NCBI GenBank assembly: GCA_045112755.1
Contig: JBGUIF010000095.1
Location: forward strand, 384-64,383
Reading direction: 5' to 3'
Source: Anaerobutyricum sp.
Lineage (GTDB): Bacteria > Bacillota > Clostridia > Lachnospirales > Lachnospiraceae
DNA: 64,000 nt
Part shown: positions 1 through 9,173 of the stretch, in pieces
Position numbering within the stretch: the stretch's first letter is position 1
Layout: each line of letters opens with the position of its first letter
Notes under the pieces: model-generated
Seen by the model: the letters and a program-made list of their open reading frames with translations, nothing else
Database searches by the model: none
Told to the model about the DNA's origin: nothing
Program-made: the position numbers and the translations under genes

Positions 1-10
1 ATTTGAGAGA

Positions 11-58
11 TTGACTGCCGGGAACATCGACGAGCAGATTTCGGCAAGTCAGGTTTTA
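11..58 (+). terminator. terminator-like hairpin plus U-run in the trpS leader (attenuator; T-box suspected, upstream part lies outside the window)
   Basis: TGACTGCCG...CGGCA(A)GTCA stem followed by GGTTTTAT about 15 nt before the trpS RBS. Specifier and T-box sequence are not visible. Confidence 0.3.
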
Positions 59-73
59 TGGAGGTAATGAGAG

Positions 74-1180
74 ATGAGTGAGAAGAATATTATACTGACT
101 GGAGACCGTCCGACCGGACGCCTGCATTTGGGTCATTATGTGGGTTCCCTGAAGCGGAGAGTGGAACTTCAGAATTCAGGTCAGTATGATGAGATCAATA
201 TTCTGATTGCAGATGACCAGGCACTGACAGATAATGCGGATAACCCGAGAAAAATCCGGGACAATATCGTGAATGTGGTTCTGGACTATCTGTCCGTTGG
301 CATAGATCCGGCAAAGACAACCATCTGTATTCAGTCGGCTCTTCCGGCCCTCCATGCCCTTACATTTTACTATATGAATCTGGTAAGCACTGCCCGGCTG
401 TCCAGGAATCCCACTGTAAAGGCGGAGATTCAGATGAGGGGCTTTGCCGATGAAGGCCTGCCCACAGGGTTCTTTATTTATCCTGTCTCACAGGCTGCTG
501 ACATCACTGCTTTTGACGCCAATGTTGTTCCAGTGGGAGAAGATCAGCTTCCCATGCTGGAGCAGGCGAGGGAGATCGTGGAGAAGTTTAACAGAATATA
601 TGGAAAAACGCTGGTGCTCCCCAAAGCAATGATTCCGGAAAATGAAATGCAGCGCCGGCTTCCGGGTGTGGACGGTAAAGCCAAGATGAGCAAGTCCCTG
701 GGGAACTGTATCTATCTTTCCGATGATCCAAAGACAGTCAGGAACCAGGTCAACAGGAGAATGTTCACTGATCCTCAGCATCTGAAGATCACTGACCCCG
801 GACACACGGAAGGGAATGTCGTATTCACTTACCTTGATGCCCTTTGTAATGATGACCATTTTGCCGCTTATCTCCCCGAGTACAAAAATCTTGAAGAAAT
901 GAAGGAGCACTATCGCCGGGGCGGCCTTGGAGATGGCGTATGTAAAAAGTTCCTGATTAATGTACTGGAGGAGACCCTGGTGCCAATCCGTGCGGAGCGG
1001 GCCAAATGGGAAGCAGATATCGATGCGGTGTATGATATCCTCAAAGAAGGAACTGCCAGGGCGGTGGAAAAGACCAATGCAACGCTGGCCCGGGTCAGGA
1101 AAGCTATGAAGATTGATTACTTTGAAGACAGATCAATTGTCAATGAATGGAAAGATCTTTTGAGAAAGGCAGAACAGTAG
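74..1180 (+). CDS. trpS: tryptophan--tRNA ligase
   Basis: 368-aa ORF with class I aaRS HIGH-type motif (HLGHYVG) and KMSKS. TrpRS-like along its whole length. Confidence 0.95.
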   Translation: MSEKNIILTGDRPTGRLHLGHYVGSLKRRVELQNSGQYDEINILIADDQALTDNADNPRKIRDNIVNVVLDYLSVGIDPAKTTICIQSALPALHALTFYYMNLVSTARLSRNPTVKAEIQMRGFADEGLPTGFFIYPVSQAADITAFDANVVPVGEDQLPMLEQAREIVEKFNRIYGKTLVLPKAMIPENEMQRRLPGVDGKAKMSKSLGNCIYLSDDPKTVRNQVNRRMFTDPQHLKITDPGHTEGNVVFTYLDALCNDDHFAAYLPEYKNLEEMKEHYRRGGLGDGVCKKFLINVLEETLVPIRAERAKWEADIDAVYDILKEGTARAVEKTNATLARVRKAMKIDYFEDRSIVNEWKDLLRKAEQ

Positions 1181-1194
1181 AGATATCGTTCATG

Positions 1195-1222
1195 AGGCGC
1201 CCCTTCGGGGGCGCTCTTATTC
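1195..1222 (+). terminator. intrinsic terminator after trpS
   Basis: GGCGCCCC-TTCG-GGGGCGCT hairpin followed by a T-rich tail. Confidence 0.6.
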
Positions 1223-1319
1223 ACAGGTTCAATTTACAGACTTTATCAACAGGGTTAGTCTGCAGATCTTCTCAACGGGGTGGAACTGCAGAGAGCATAA
1301 AGATTTAAGGAGTAATGAA

Positions 1320-2177
1320 ATGCAGGAAATACTCAAGGCAGTACTTTTCGGTATCGTGGAGGGAGTCACGGAGTGGCTTCCCATAAGCAGTACCGGTCAT
1401 ATGATCATCCTGAATGAGCTTATAGAACTTGACGTGGCAGATGATTTTTACAGTATGTTTCAGGTGGTGATTCAGCTTGGTGCGATCATGGCCGTAATCG
1501 TCCTTTTCTGGAACCAGCTCTGGCCCTTTGGGAAGAAAGATAATAAGGCTCCCCTCACAGCGTCTGGTCCCGGAAGTTATATAAAAAAAGACATTATAGA
1601 TCTTTGGTTTCATATTCTGGTATCCTGTGTTCCGGCAGCCATAGTAGGGGTTCTTTTTGACGATGAACTGGAAGACATGTTCTATAATTATACCACAGTG
1701 GCCATCATGCTGATTCTTTTCGGTATCGCTTTTCTGGTGGTGGAGTCAAAGAATAAGAACGTCGTTCCCAGGATTAATTCCATTGGGGAGATCACTTATA
1801 CCATCGCTTTTCTGATTGGAATCTTTCAGCTGATTGCCGCCATATTTCCAGGGACTTCCAGATCTGGAGCCACCATTGTCGGAGCCCTTCTCATCGGAGT
1901 TTCCAGAACTGTCGCGGCGGAGTATACTTTCTATCTGGCCGTGCCGGTCATGCTGGGAGCCAGTCTGCTCAAAATTGTGAAATTTGGTCTGGACTTTAGT
2001 TTTCATGAGGCAATCATTCTTTTTGTGGGGATGGCTGTGGCCTTCATGGTATCCATGTTTGTAATCCAGTTTTTGATGAGCTATATCAAGAAACACGATT
2101 TCAAGGTGTTTGGATGGTATCGCATAGTACTGGGTATACTCGTTCTTATTTTCGGGTTGATTGGTGTGATTGACTGA
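1320..2177 (+). CDS. uppP: undecaprenyl-diphosphate phosphatase (BacA/UppP)
   Basis: 285-aa polytopic ORF. The N-terminal VEGVTEWLPISSTGHM motif is typical of UppP. Confidence 0.93.
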   Translation: MQEILKAVLFGIVEGVTEWLPISSTGHMIILNELIELDVADDFYSMFQVVIQLGAIMAVIVLFWNQLWPFGKKDNKAPLTASGPGSYIKKDIIDLWFHILVSCVPAAIVGVLFDDELEDMFYNYTTVAIMLILFGIAFLVVESKNKNVVPRINSIGEITYTIAFLIGIFQLIAAIFPGTSRSGATIVGALLIGVSRTVAAEYTFYLAVPVMLGASLLKIVKFGLDFSFHEAIILFVGMAVAFMVSMFVIQFLMSYIKKHDFKVFGWYRIVLGILVLIFGLIGVID

Positions 2178-2293
2178 CAGGATACTTCCCGGTTTTGGGC
2201 GATGTCAAAGCCGCTTTCTCCTGACTTTTTTCCCGAAATCAGAGGCGTAATTTCAGTGTCCAACGAGAGTGGATTTTCTGGAAATATCGCATC

Positions 2294-2322
2294 TTTACAG
2301 GATGAATACCCTGTGCTATATT
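2294..2322 (+). promoter_or_regulatory. sigma-A-type promoter for the lipoprotein gene
   Basis: TTTACA, 17-nt spacer, TGcTATATT (extended -10), 43 nt upstream of the ATG. Confidence 0.4.
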
Positions 2323-2365
2323 GAGCAAAAGGACCATAAAAATGCCTGGTAAAGGAGGATGAGAT

Positions 2366-3202
2366 ATGAAGAGGAGTATTGCTTTATTGTGCGTGTTGAT
2401 CATGACACTGGGGCTGCTGGCAGGATGCGGTGCCAGTGAACAGGCTACAGCAGGATCACTGGTGGAGGAAGCTCAAAAATACACGAATGATGCCAGCTCC
2501 ATGAAGACCCATATGCTTATGAAAATAAGCATGAGCGGGGAAAGCCTGAAGGCTCTTGGCGGTTCTATGGATATGAGTATGGACCTCGATATGGACTCAG
2601 TGAAGGAACCTATGGCAAGTCATATGACCGGTAAAATGAATGCCATGGGCATGGACATAGATTATGAGGGCTACACTGCTATGGAGAATAATGAGCTCAG
2701 CGTGTATTCAAAGGTGATGGGGAACTGGACCGTGCAGAAGACCTCCGTGGATGAGGAAGCATTGGAGCGCCTTAAAACAGGCAGCACAGGACAGATTTTC
2801 AGTAAGGAAGACAAGTTTACCCTGCAGGATAAGACAGAGGATGTGGATGGCACCGAAGCCTATATTATCACCGGTACCATCGAAGGAGACGAGATTAAGG
2901 ATCTCATGGCATCATTCTCCGGTGCTATGCCGTCCATGGGAATGGATATGAACAAGGCGGATTACAGCGGAGTTTCTGTCGATGTTAAGTACGCCATCGC
3001 CAAGGAGGACAAGAGGCCTGTCTATATAGATATGACCTTTAAAGGGATGGAGAGCATGATGGGTGAAAGTGCAGAAGGCCTCACCATTGACAATTTCACG
3101 ATACGCATGGATTATGTTGAGTTCAATACAGTGGACAGCATTGTGATTCCCCAGGAAGTAATCGATAATGCAAAAGAAAGCCCGGCTGCTTTAACCAATT
3201 AA
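2366..3202 (+). CDS. Met/Asp-rich lipoprotein of unknown function
   Basis: Signal peptide with lipobox LLAGC, RBS AAGGAGG, no recognisable catalytic motif. Confidence 0.8.
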   Translation: MKRSIALLCVLIMTLGLLAGCGASEQATAGSLVEEAQKYTNDASSMKTHMLMKISMSGESLKALGGSMDMSMDLDMDSVKEPMASHMTGKMNAMGMDIDYEGYTAMENNELSVYSKVMGNWTVQKTSVDEEALERLKTGSTGQIFSKEDKFTLQDKTEDVDGTEAYIITGTIEGDEIKDLMASFSGAMPSMGMDMNKADYSGVSVDVKYAIAKEDKRPVYIDMTFKGMESMMGESAEGLTIDNFTIRMDYVEFNTVDSIVIPQEVIDNAKESPAALTN

Positions 3203-3224
3203 GCCGGAGGACCTTGATTTCCTC

Positions 3225-3253
3225 TTGCATGTTTCTGCAGCTTGTTGTAATGT
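3225..3253 (+). promoter_or_regulatory. candidate promoter of the TPP riboswitch unit
   Basis: TTGCAT, 17-nt spacer, TAATGT immediately upstream of the aptamer. Confidence 0.4.
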
Positions 3254-3257
3254 AAAT

Positions 3258-3355
3258 ACATAAAAAGGGGAGCTTGTGCAGGCAGGCTGAGAACGGGAGG
3301 TATGTCCCGGACCCAAAACCTGATTTGGATAATGCCAACGTAGGGACATAAAGAG
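3258..3355 (+). promoter_or_regulatory. TPP (THI-box) riboswitch aptamer
   Basis: GGGGAGC...GCTGAGA...ACCC..AACCTGATTTGGATAATGCCAACGTAGGGA matches the conserved THI-element core. Confidence 0.9.
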
Positions 3356-3385
3356 AGCGCTTGTTTATCATGAACGTATTTTTCT

Positions 3386-3418
3386 GCAGATATACCTATG
3401 TGGTATATCTGCTTTTTC
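3386..3418 (+). terminator. riboswitch expression-platform terminator
   Basis: Perfect 11-bp hairpin GCAGATATACC-TATGT-GGTATATCTGC followed by TTTTT. Confidence 0.8.
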
Positions 3419-3513
3419 TTTACAGGGAATTGCGATTTCCTAAAAAACCCGGGGGATTGAGGGGAAGGGAAGTTGATGTCCGCTTGCGGACTTTGTTTCT
3501 AAGGAGGTAAAAT

Positions 3514-3750
3514 ATGCTGGGAAAATACTCCGCAGAGATCAGGACATCCCCCTATAAGAGCTGGTTTGATGCCTGCACCTGTCCGGAATATGTGGAATCC
3601 AACCAGAATTGGATTGATCTTGTGGACCGCAAGGCGCAGGGAATCAGCCAGGAAGAGACAGAAAAACTCTGCCGGATCTTTGAACACTGCGCTTCCTGTG
3701 AAAATCAGTTCTGGGACATGCTGTACGGCGGGATGCCGTCGAATCATTAA
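3514..3750 (+). CDS. TenA/thiaminase-II C-terminal fragment (78 aa, truncated relative to TenA proteins of about 220-236 aa)
   Basis: Ends ...CENQFWDMLYG like a TenA C-terminus. Has its own RBS AAGGAGG. Only 95 nt lie between the terminator and the ATG, so the N-terminal two thirds are absent. Confidence 0.6.
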   Translation: MLGKYSAEIRTSPYKSWFDACTCPEYVESNQNWIDLVDRKAQGISQEETEKLCRIFEHCASCENQFWDMLYGGMPSNH

Positions 3751-3765
3751 GGAGTCCGGCCCTTG

Positions 3766-4302
3766 TTATAAGGACAGGGCCCTCTCCAGTTTTTTTGTCA
3801 TTTTCGCACTCTCGCCCGGCCCGAAACCAATCTCGTCGTACATTGCTTTGGCCTCTTCCCAGGGCAGTACGTCGACGGACTCTTTCAGGTATTCCAGAAT
3901 GTCAGCGATGCCTTCACCGGTGTAGGCACTGGTGAAGAATATTTTCTTACAGCCGGCTATGCGGAGCCACTCTGCCGCCTGTTCCGGGTCTGCAGCCCAG
4001 TGATCAATCTTTGTGACGACACCCACGATATCCCTGTTGCTGACCGTCACGACGTTGGGCGGATAGAGAGAGTAGGGTTCGGTGGCACTCATCAGAAGGC
4101 CGATCACATCGGCTTCCGCTCCATAGATTGCCAAGGCGGAGGATAATTCCTTGGTCTCGGCATACTCACCGGGTGTATCTATCACAACATCATAATGATT
4201 TATGTACTGGGTCTTATGATAGACGATCTTCTCACCTTTCATAGCCTGCATGATCGTCGTTTTACCTGCTTCACTGCGGCCGACAAACATTATTTTACGC
4301 AT
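3766..4302 (-). CDS. eutP: EutP/PduV-family small GTPase
   Basis: MFVGRSEAGKTT P-loop, DTPGEY and TKID motifs, colinear with EutP. Confidence 0.8.
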   Translation of the reverse strand: MRKIMFVGRSEAGKTTIMQAMKGEKIVYHKTQYINHYDVVIDTPGEYAETKELSSALAIYGAEADVIGLLMSATEPYSLYPPNVVTVSNRDIVGVVTKIDHWAADPEQAAEWLRIAGCKKIFFTSAYTGEGIADILEYLKESVDVLPWEEAKAMYDEIGFGPGESAKMTKKLERALSL

Positions 4303-4503
4303 GGTAATCCCCCTTCATTTCTCCTTTTCTATCATTATATTACATAAGTGTATCTATTTCAATCTCAGACGCTGGATAGACACTCTTTTTATCGATGATT
4401 AGTTGATAAAGGGAGGATTTTCCCATATACTGAAATCACGAGCCAGGAATGGAGAACCATATCGTTTGGGACACCATAGAGATTGTAAAAGAAGGGGAGA
4501 CAT

Positions 4504-4980
4504 ATGTTTAGAAAAATCAGAAGAGTGAAAAATGAGATTTCCGTGGAGGAGGCAAAGAAGCTTCTGCATCATAACAGGAGAGGGGCCCTGGCCGTCCATG
4601 GGGACCATGGCTATCCTTATTGCATCCCCATCAATTTCTATTATGATGAGGATGATAACAGAATTTATTTCCATAGTGCCAAAAGCGGGCATAAAATTGA
4701 TGCCATCAAGGCAGATGACAAGGTGTGCTTCACAAGTTGGGATGATGGCTGTCTGGAAGAGGGTGACTGGGCCTATCATGTGTCCTGCTGCGTGGTTTTC
4801 GGCCGGGCCTGCCTTGTGGAGGACCCGAATCTGGCAAGGGACAGAATCAGGAAATTTGCCCTCAAATACTATCCCACAGCACAGGAGGTTGACCAGGAGA
4901 TTGAGAAGAGTTTCAAGGCCGTCCAGATGGTGGCGATTGATATAGAGCACATCTCCGGTAAAAGGATCCATGAGAAATAG
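4504..4980 (+). CDS. pyridoxamine 5'-phosphate oxidase-family (NimA-like) flavoprotein
   Basis: 158 aa, split-barrel family pattern (GALAV..GYPYCIPINFYYD...IYFHSAKSGHK). Confidence 0.8.
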   Translation: MFRKIRRVKNEISVEEAKKLLHHNRRGALAVHGDHGYPYCIPINFYYDEDDNRIYFHSAKSGHKIDAIKADDKVCFTSWDDGCLEEGDWAYHVSCCVVFGRACLVEDPNLARDRIRKFALKYYPTAQEVDQEIEKSFKAVQMVAIDIEHISGKRIHEK

Positions 4981-5060
4981 GGCTCGCTGAGGGAAGCCGG
5001 CCTGGGGACCTGCAGGTTATAAGGATTGTTGATGGCAGTAATTAATTTGAAGAAGGATGA

Positions 5061-5636
5061 ATGTACCATATGCATATCAGAAAATCAAGAGAAGAGGATT
5101 TTGACAGAATCATGGAAATCTACGCCTATGCCCGGGACTTTATGGCCAGGCATGGAAATCCCAGACAGTGGGGAAAAACCAATTGGCCTCCGGAGAAGCT
5201 GATCCACAAAGACATCAAAGATGGGGTCAGCTATGTCTGTGTCAATGACCATGGGATCGTAGCGGGGACCTTAGTCTATCTTTTTGGCAGAGATATTGAG
5301 CCGACTTATAAGGACATCACAGGAGGGGCCTGGCTTGACGACAGTCCTTACGGCGTTGTGCACAGGGTGGCTTCAGATGGTTCTCAAAAGGGCATCGGAT
5401 CTTTCTGTGTAAACTGGGCTTTCAGCCAGTGCGCCCATCTGCGCATAGACACCCATGGTGATAACCTTGTCATGCAGGCGATGCTTGAAAAGCTTGGCTT
5501 TGTCCACTGTGGAACAATCTATGTACAGGAGGACAAAGATCCCAGACTGGCCTATGAGAAATCAGCAAAATTCCAAAGGAAGACGGACTCTGCATCAATA
5601 CGGCGGCGGTCGGAAAAGAACTGCCGGGAGGGATAG
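5061..5636 (+). CDS. GNAT-family N-acetyltransferase
   Basis: 191 aa with an acetyl-CoA-binding-type segment (VHRVASDGSQKGIGSF). The start could instead be the ATG at 5070. Confidence 0.8.
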   Translation: MYHMHIRKSREEDFDRIMEIYAYARDFMARHGNPRQWGKTNWPPEKLIHKDIKDGVSYVCVNDHGIVAGTLVYLFGRDIEPTYKDITGGAWLDDSPYGVVHRVASDGSQKGIGSFCVNWAFSQCAHLRIDTHGDNLVMQAMLEKLGFVHCGTIYVQEDKDPRLAYEKSAKFQRKTDSASIRRRSEKNCREG

Positions 5637-5641
5637 AGATT

Positions 5642-7057
5642 ATGCTGACATATGATATGAGCGAAGCGAACAAACCTCTTTATATTTATCTTTACGAATG
5701 TATTAGAGAAGATATTATCAAGGGAGAATTAAAAACGGATGACAAGATGCCGTCCAAGAGGACACTGGCCGGCAATCTGGGGGTCAGCACCATCACCGTG
5801 GAAAATGCCTATGGCCTTTTGATCTCCGAAGGTTATATGTATGCCGTTCCCAAGCGGGGGTACTATGTCTCCAGAATCTCACGGCAGTTTTCGGACGACC
5901 AGACAGTCCGCAAAGTTCTGAACATCCAAAAGGGACGTAAAGAGGAGGCCAGTCTCTATGACTTTTCTTCCAATAAAACGGAAAGGTCAGATTTTCCCTT
6001 TTCCATTTGGGCTCGGCTCATGAGAGAAAACATTTCCCAGAGGGAGAAGGACCTGCTGACAGTCTCTCCCTGCGAGGGTATCGGTGAACTTCGGGAAGCC
6101 ATCGCCGGCCACCTGCGGTCCTTCCGGGGGATGGATATTGACCCGGATCAGATTATAGTGGGAGCCGGAACAGAGTATCTTTATGGGCTGCTGATTCAGC
6201 TGCTGGGGAACGATAAGATATATTGTGTGGAAAATCCCGGCTATAAGAAACTGCTTTCTATCTATAGGAACAATGGGGTAGAGTGCCGGTATGTGGATCT
6301 TGATGACTGGGGTATGAAGGTGGACGACCTCAGGACCTGCGGCGCAGAAATCACGCACATTTGTCCCAATCATCATTTTCCCACGGGGATCACTATGCCG
6401 GTCAGCAGAAGATATGAGCTGCTGGCGTGGGCCAATGAGGAACAGGGCAGATATATCATTGAGGATGATTATGACAGTGAGTTTCGCCTGAAGGGAAAAC
6501 CTGTGCCTCCCATTCAGTCCATCGACGCCTGTGAGAAGGTCATCTATATGAACACCTTTTCAAAATCCCTGACCTCCACCATCCGTATCAGTTATATGGT
6601 TCTGCCGGAGCACCTGGCCAACCGCTATTTTGAAAAACTGTCTTTTTACGCCAGCACTGTGTCCACCTTTGAACAGTATACCCTGGCCGCATTCATTCAG
6701 CGGGGATATTTTGAAAAGCACATCAACCGGATGAGGCTTCGCTATGGCAGAAAGAGGGCGCGGGTTCTGGAAATGATCAAAGAAGTTCTGGGGCCGGATG
6801 AATGCCGGATTATAGAAAATGAGTCGGGTCTCCATTTTGTGATGGAGTTTAATACAGAAATTCCTGATGAAGAATTAAAGAAGAGACTGGCACAGAGGAA
6901 GATTAAAATGGTAAGCATCACGGATTTTTATATGGATGAGCTCAAAAGAGACAAGCACCAATTTGTGCTCAACTACTCCGGTCTGGATATGAAGGGCTTA
7001 AAAGAAGCCCTTCTGGAGATCAAAAAGGTGCTGGATGAAGAGAGAGTGGATCGATAA
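5642..7057 (+). CDS. MocR/PdxR-type regulator (GntR wHTH fused to a fold-type I aminotransferase domain)
   Basis: N-terminal GntR HTH (KMPSKRTLAGNLGVSTITVENAY) plus a C-terminal aminotransferase-like domain with FSKSL. Confidence 0.9.
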   Translation: MLTYDMSEANKPLYIYLYECIREDIIKGELKTDDKMPSKRTLAGNLGVSTITVENAYGLLISEGYMYAVPKRGYYVSRISRQFSDDQTVRKVLNIQKGRKEEASLYDFSSNKTERSDFPFSIWARLMRENISQREKDLLTVSPCEGIGELREAIAGHLRSFRGMDIDPDQIIVGAGTEYLYGLLIQLLGNDKIYCVENPGYKKLLSIYRNNGVECRYVDLDDWGMKVDDLRTCGAEITHICPNHHFPTGITMPVSRRYELLAWANEEQGRYIIEDDYDSEFRLKGKPVPPIQSIDACEKVIYMNTFSKSLTSTIRISYMVLPEHLANRYFEKLSFYASTVSTFEQYTLAAFIQRGYFEKHINRMRLRYGRKRARVLEMIKEVLGPDECRIIENESGLHFVMEFNTEIPDEELKKRLAQRKIKMVSITDFYMDELKRDKHQFVLNYSGLDMKGLKEALLEIKKVLDEERVDR

Positions 7058-7077
7058 AAACAGGAACATATGAAGGG

Positions 7078-7338
7078 AGGGCCGTTTAAAAGCGGCAGCC
7101 ACGTTGATTTAAAAGGCAAGGGTTCCCATGTCCTGTGTTGTGTCAGTTGTTGGCATCTGTACGTCTGATGACGGACTTAAGATCAGTCCGTCCCAGAACG
7201 CACAGACACCACCAAACGACAAACACGTAGGACACGGGGATCCTTGCCTTTTTCTCAAGTTCCTGATCCGCTTTAATACGGCAGCCCTGCTTTAGCGAAC
7301 AAAAGCCGTACTTTCTGGCACGAAAGTACGGCTTTTTA
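7078..7338. repeat. intergenic repeat module, full-length copy, containing a 134-nt imperfect palindrome (7115-7248)
   Basis: About 75% identical to 52501-52680, including an exact 22-mer (7128-7149 = 52554-52575). The arms pair around apex hairpin GACGGACT-TAAGATC-AGTCCGTC. Confidence 0.75.
7300..7338. terminator. bidirectional intrinsic terminator between mocR-like gene and rpsI
   Basis: AGCCGTACTTT...AAAGTACGGCT 11-bp stem flanked by an A-run and a T-run. Confidence 0.8.
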
Positions 7339-7362
7339 ATATTCAAACTATCGGATGTGATA

Positions 7363-7755
7363 TTATCTCTTGCTGAACTGCGGAGCTCTACGGGCTTTCT
7401 TAAGACCGTACTTCTTACGCTCTTTCATTCTCGGATCACGAGTCAGATAACCAGCTTTCTTAAGGGCAGGACGGAACTCCGGATCTGCCTCAAGGAGAGC
7501 TCTGGCGATACCATGTCTGATGGCACCGGCCTGGCCTGTGTATCCACCGCCATGTACGTTAACTAAAACGTCAAATTTATCTTCTGTGGAAGTTAATACC
7601 AATGGCTGACGGGCGATAACCTTTAATGTATCGTAACCAAAGTACTCATCCATATCTTTCCTGTTGATCGTCACTTTACCGGTTCCCGGCATAAGGTATA
7701 CGCGGGCAACACTGCTTTTTCTTCTGCCTGTACCGTAATATCTTGTTGTAGCCAC
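7363..7755 (-). CDS. rpsI: 30S ribosomal protein S9
   Basis: 130 aa, ends ...[12 protein letters not shown]. Confidence 0.97.
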   Translation of the reverse strand: MATTRYYGTGRRKSSVARVYLMPGTGKVTINRKDMDEYFGYDTLKVIARQPLVLTSTEDKFDVLVNVHGGGYTGQAGAIRHGIARALLEADPEFRPALKKAGYLTRDPRMKERKKYGLKKARRAPQFSKR

Positions 7756-7772
7756 TTGCTTTCCCTCCTTAA

Positions 7773-8207
7773 TTAATACTTAATCTCTAATGCCTTAGGC
7801 TGCTGAGCCTCATGCTTGTGCTCAGGTCCGGCATAAACGAAAAGCTTCTTGTACATCTGACGTCCGAGGGGTCCCTTGGGAAGCATGCCCTTGACTGCAA
7901 GCTCGATCACCTGCTCCGGCTTCTTGGCAAGTTTCTCTCTGAGGGTCGTCTCTTTCATACCGCCGATATACTCACTGTGGTGATAGTAGATCTTCTGGTC
8001 AAGCTTCTTACCGGTTACTTTAATCTTCTCTGCATTAACAACGATCACATAGTCGCCGCAATCCATATGCGGTGTGTAGGTCGGTTTATTCTTTCCTCTT
8101 AAAACTTTGGCAATCTCAGATGCCAGACGACCCAGTGTCTGTCCCTCGGCATCTACTACATACCAGTCTCTCTTAATTGTAGCTGGGCTAGCCATAAAAC
8201 TTTTCAT
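7773..8207 (-). CDS. rplM: 50S ribosomal protein L13
   Basis: 144 aa, [17 protein letters not shown] motif. Confidence 0.97.
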   Translation of the reverse strand: MKSFMASPATIKRDWYVVDAEGQTLGRLASEIAKVLRGKNKPTYTPHMDCGDYVIVVNAEKIKVTGKKLDQKIYYHHSEYIGGMKETTLREKLAKKPEQVIELAVKGMLPKGPLGRQMYKKLFVYAGPEHKHEAQQPKALEIKY

Positions 8208-8399
8208 GAGTAGTTCTCCTTTTTAAGCAATAGCATTTCAACATTTCAGATGACACGGCCTCCTGGCTGTCCGGACCCTCAGCCGCATCTTACCCGCCTG
8301 GGAAAATGGCAGGTTATGATAAAATGTACTCCCGGGGCTTTGGAAATACATTTAATAGCATACCACAATTTAGAATTATATATCAGGAGATAAATCGTG

Positions 8400-9173
8400 T
8401 CAATACAGAATTTCCTTTAAAAACAGGCCTTTTGCCGGAGCTGTCTCCCCGGCGGCATAACGGTTTCTGGCTTTTAGAATCTCCTCCACATGTTCGGGCG
8501 GGTAAACACCCAGACCGACACGAATGAGGGTTCCGGCAATAATCCGGACCATATTATAAAGAAATCCTGTTCCTCTGACTTCTATGGTAATGTCCTGGCC
8601 GATGCCCCAGGCCAGGTCATAAACCCGGACCGGTTCAGCCATTGTGCTCACCTTGAGACCTGTCACTGTCCTGACCATACTCTTAGCCTGGGTTCCTGAA
8701 GCACAGAAGCTGGTAAAGTCATGGGTTCCCACCAGATAGGTGCCGGCCCGGTCCATGGCCTCCACGTCCAGGGGCGCCGTCACCAGATGAGCATATCTGG
8801 CCTTGGTGGGATCAGGAAACCTCCGGTTCTGGATGTGATACTGATAAGTCTTCTGACTGTCACGGTATCTGGGGTGAAAATCCGCCGCCACTTCCCGGGA
8901 ATCCATGATGCGGATGTCCTCCGGAAGCACAGTGTTTAAGGCATAGCAGATTCTCTCAGGCGGGATGCTGGAATCCGTGTCAAACACAGCCACATTTCCC
9001 AGGGCATGGACGCCCGCGTCGGTTCGGCTTGCGCCGATCACCCGAATCTCCTCCTTCAAAAAAGTGCTGAGTCTCTCATTGAGCACCTGCTCCACTGTCA
9101 GGTCTCTGGGCTGGATCTGCCAGCCGCAGTACTGTGTGCCATCATAGGCCACTGTGATTTTAATACGCTTCAT
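8400..9173 (-). CDS. truA: tRNA pseudouridine(38-40) synthase TruA
   Basis: MKRIKITVAYDGTQYCGWQ...GASRTDAGVHA catalytic Asp motif. Start moved to the ATG at 9173, just after the ecfT stop. Confidence 0.93.
   Translation of the reverse strand: MKRIKITVAYDGTQYCGWQIQPRDLTVEQVLNERLSTFLKEEIRVIGASRTDAGVHALGNVAVFDTDSSIPPERICYALNTVLPEDIRIMDSREVAADFHPRYRDSQKTYQYHIQNRRFPDPTKARYAHLVTAPLDVEAMDRAGTYLVGTHDFTSFCASGTQAKSMVRTVTGLKVSTMAEPVRVYDLAWGIGQDITIEVRGTGFLYNMVRIIAGTLIRVGLGVYPPEHVEEILKARNRYAAGETAPAKGLFLKEILY

Noticed and set aside
7143-7346. 67-aa minus-strand ORF in the mocR-rpsI intergenic region
   Set aside because: It lies entirely across the imperfect palindrome and the bidirectional terminator, has no RBS, and its sequence is dictated by the repeat. 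It is treated as non-coding.
8208-8399. Possible L13 ribosomal leader upstream of rplM
   Set aside because: The position is right and the region is GC-rich, but I cannot match it to the known L13 leader structure by eye, so it is not reported as a feature.
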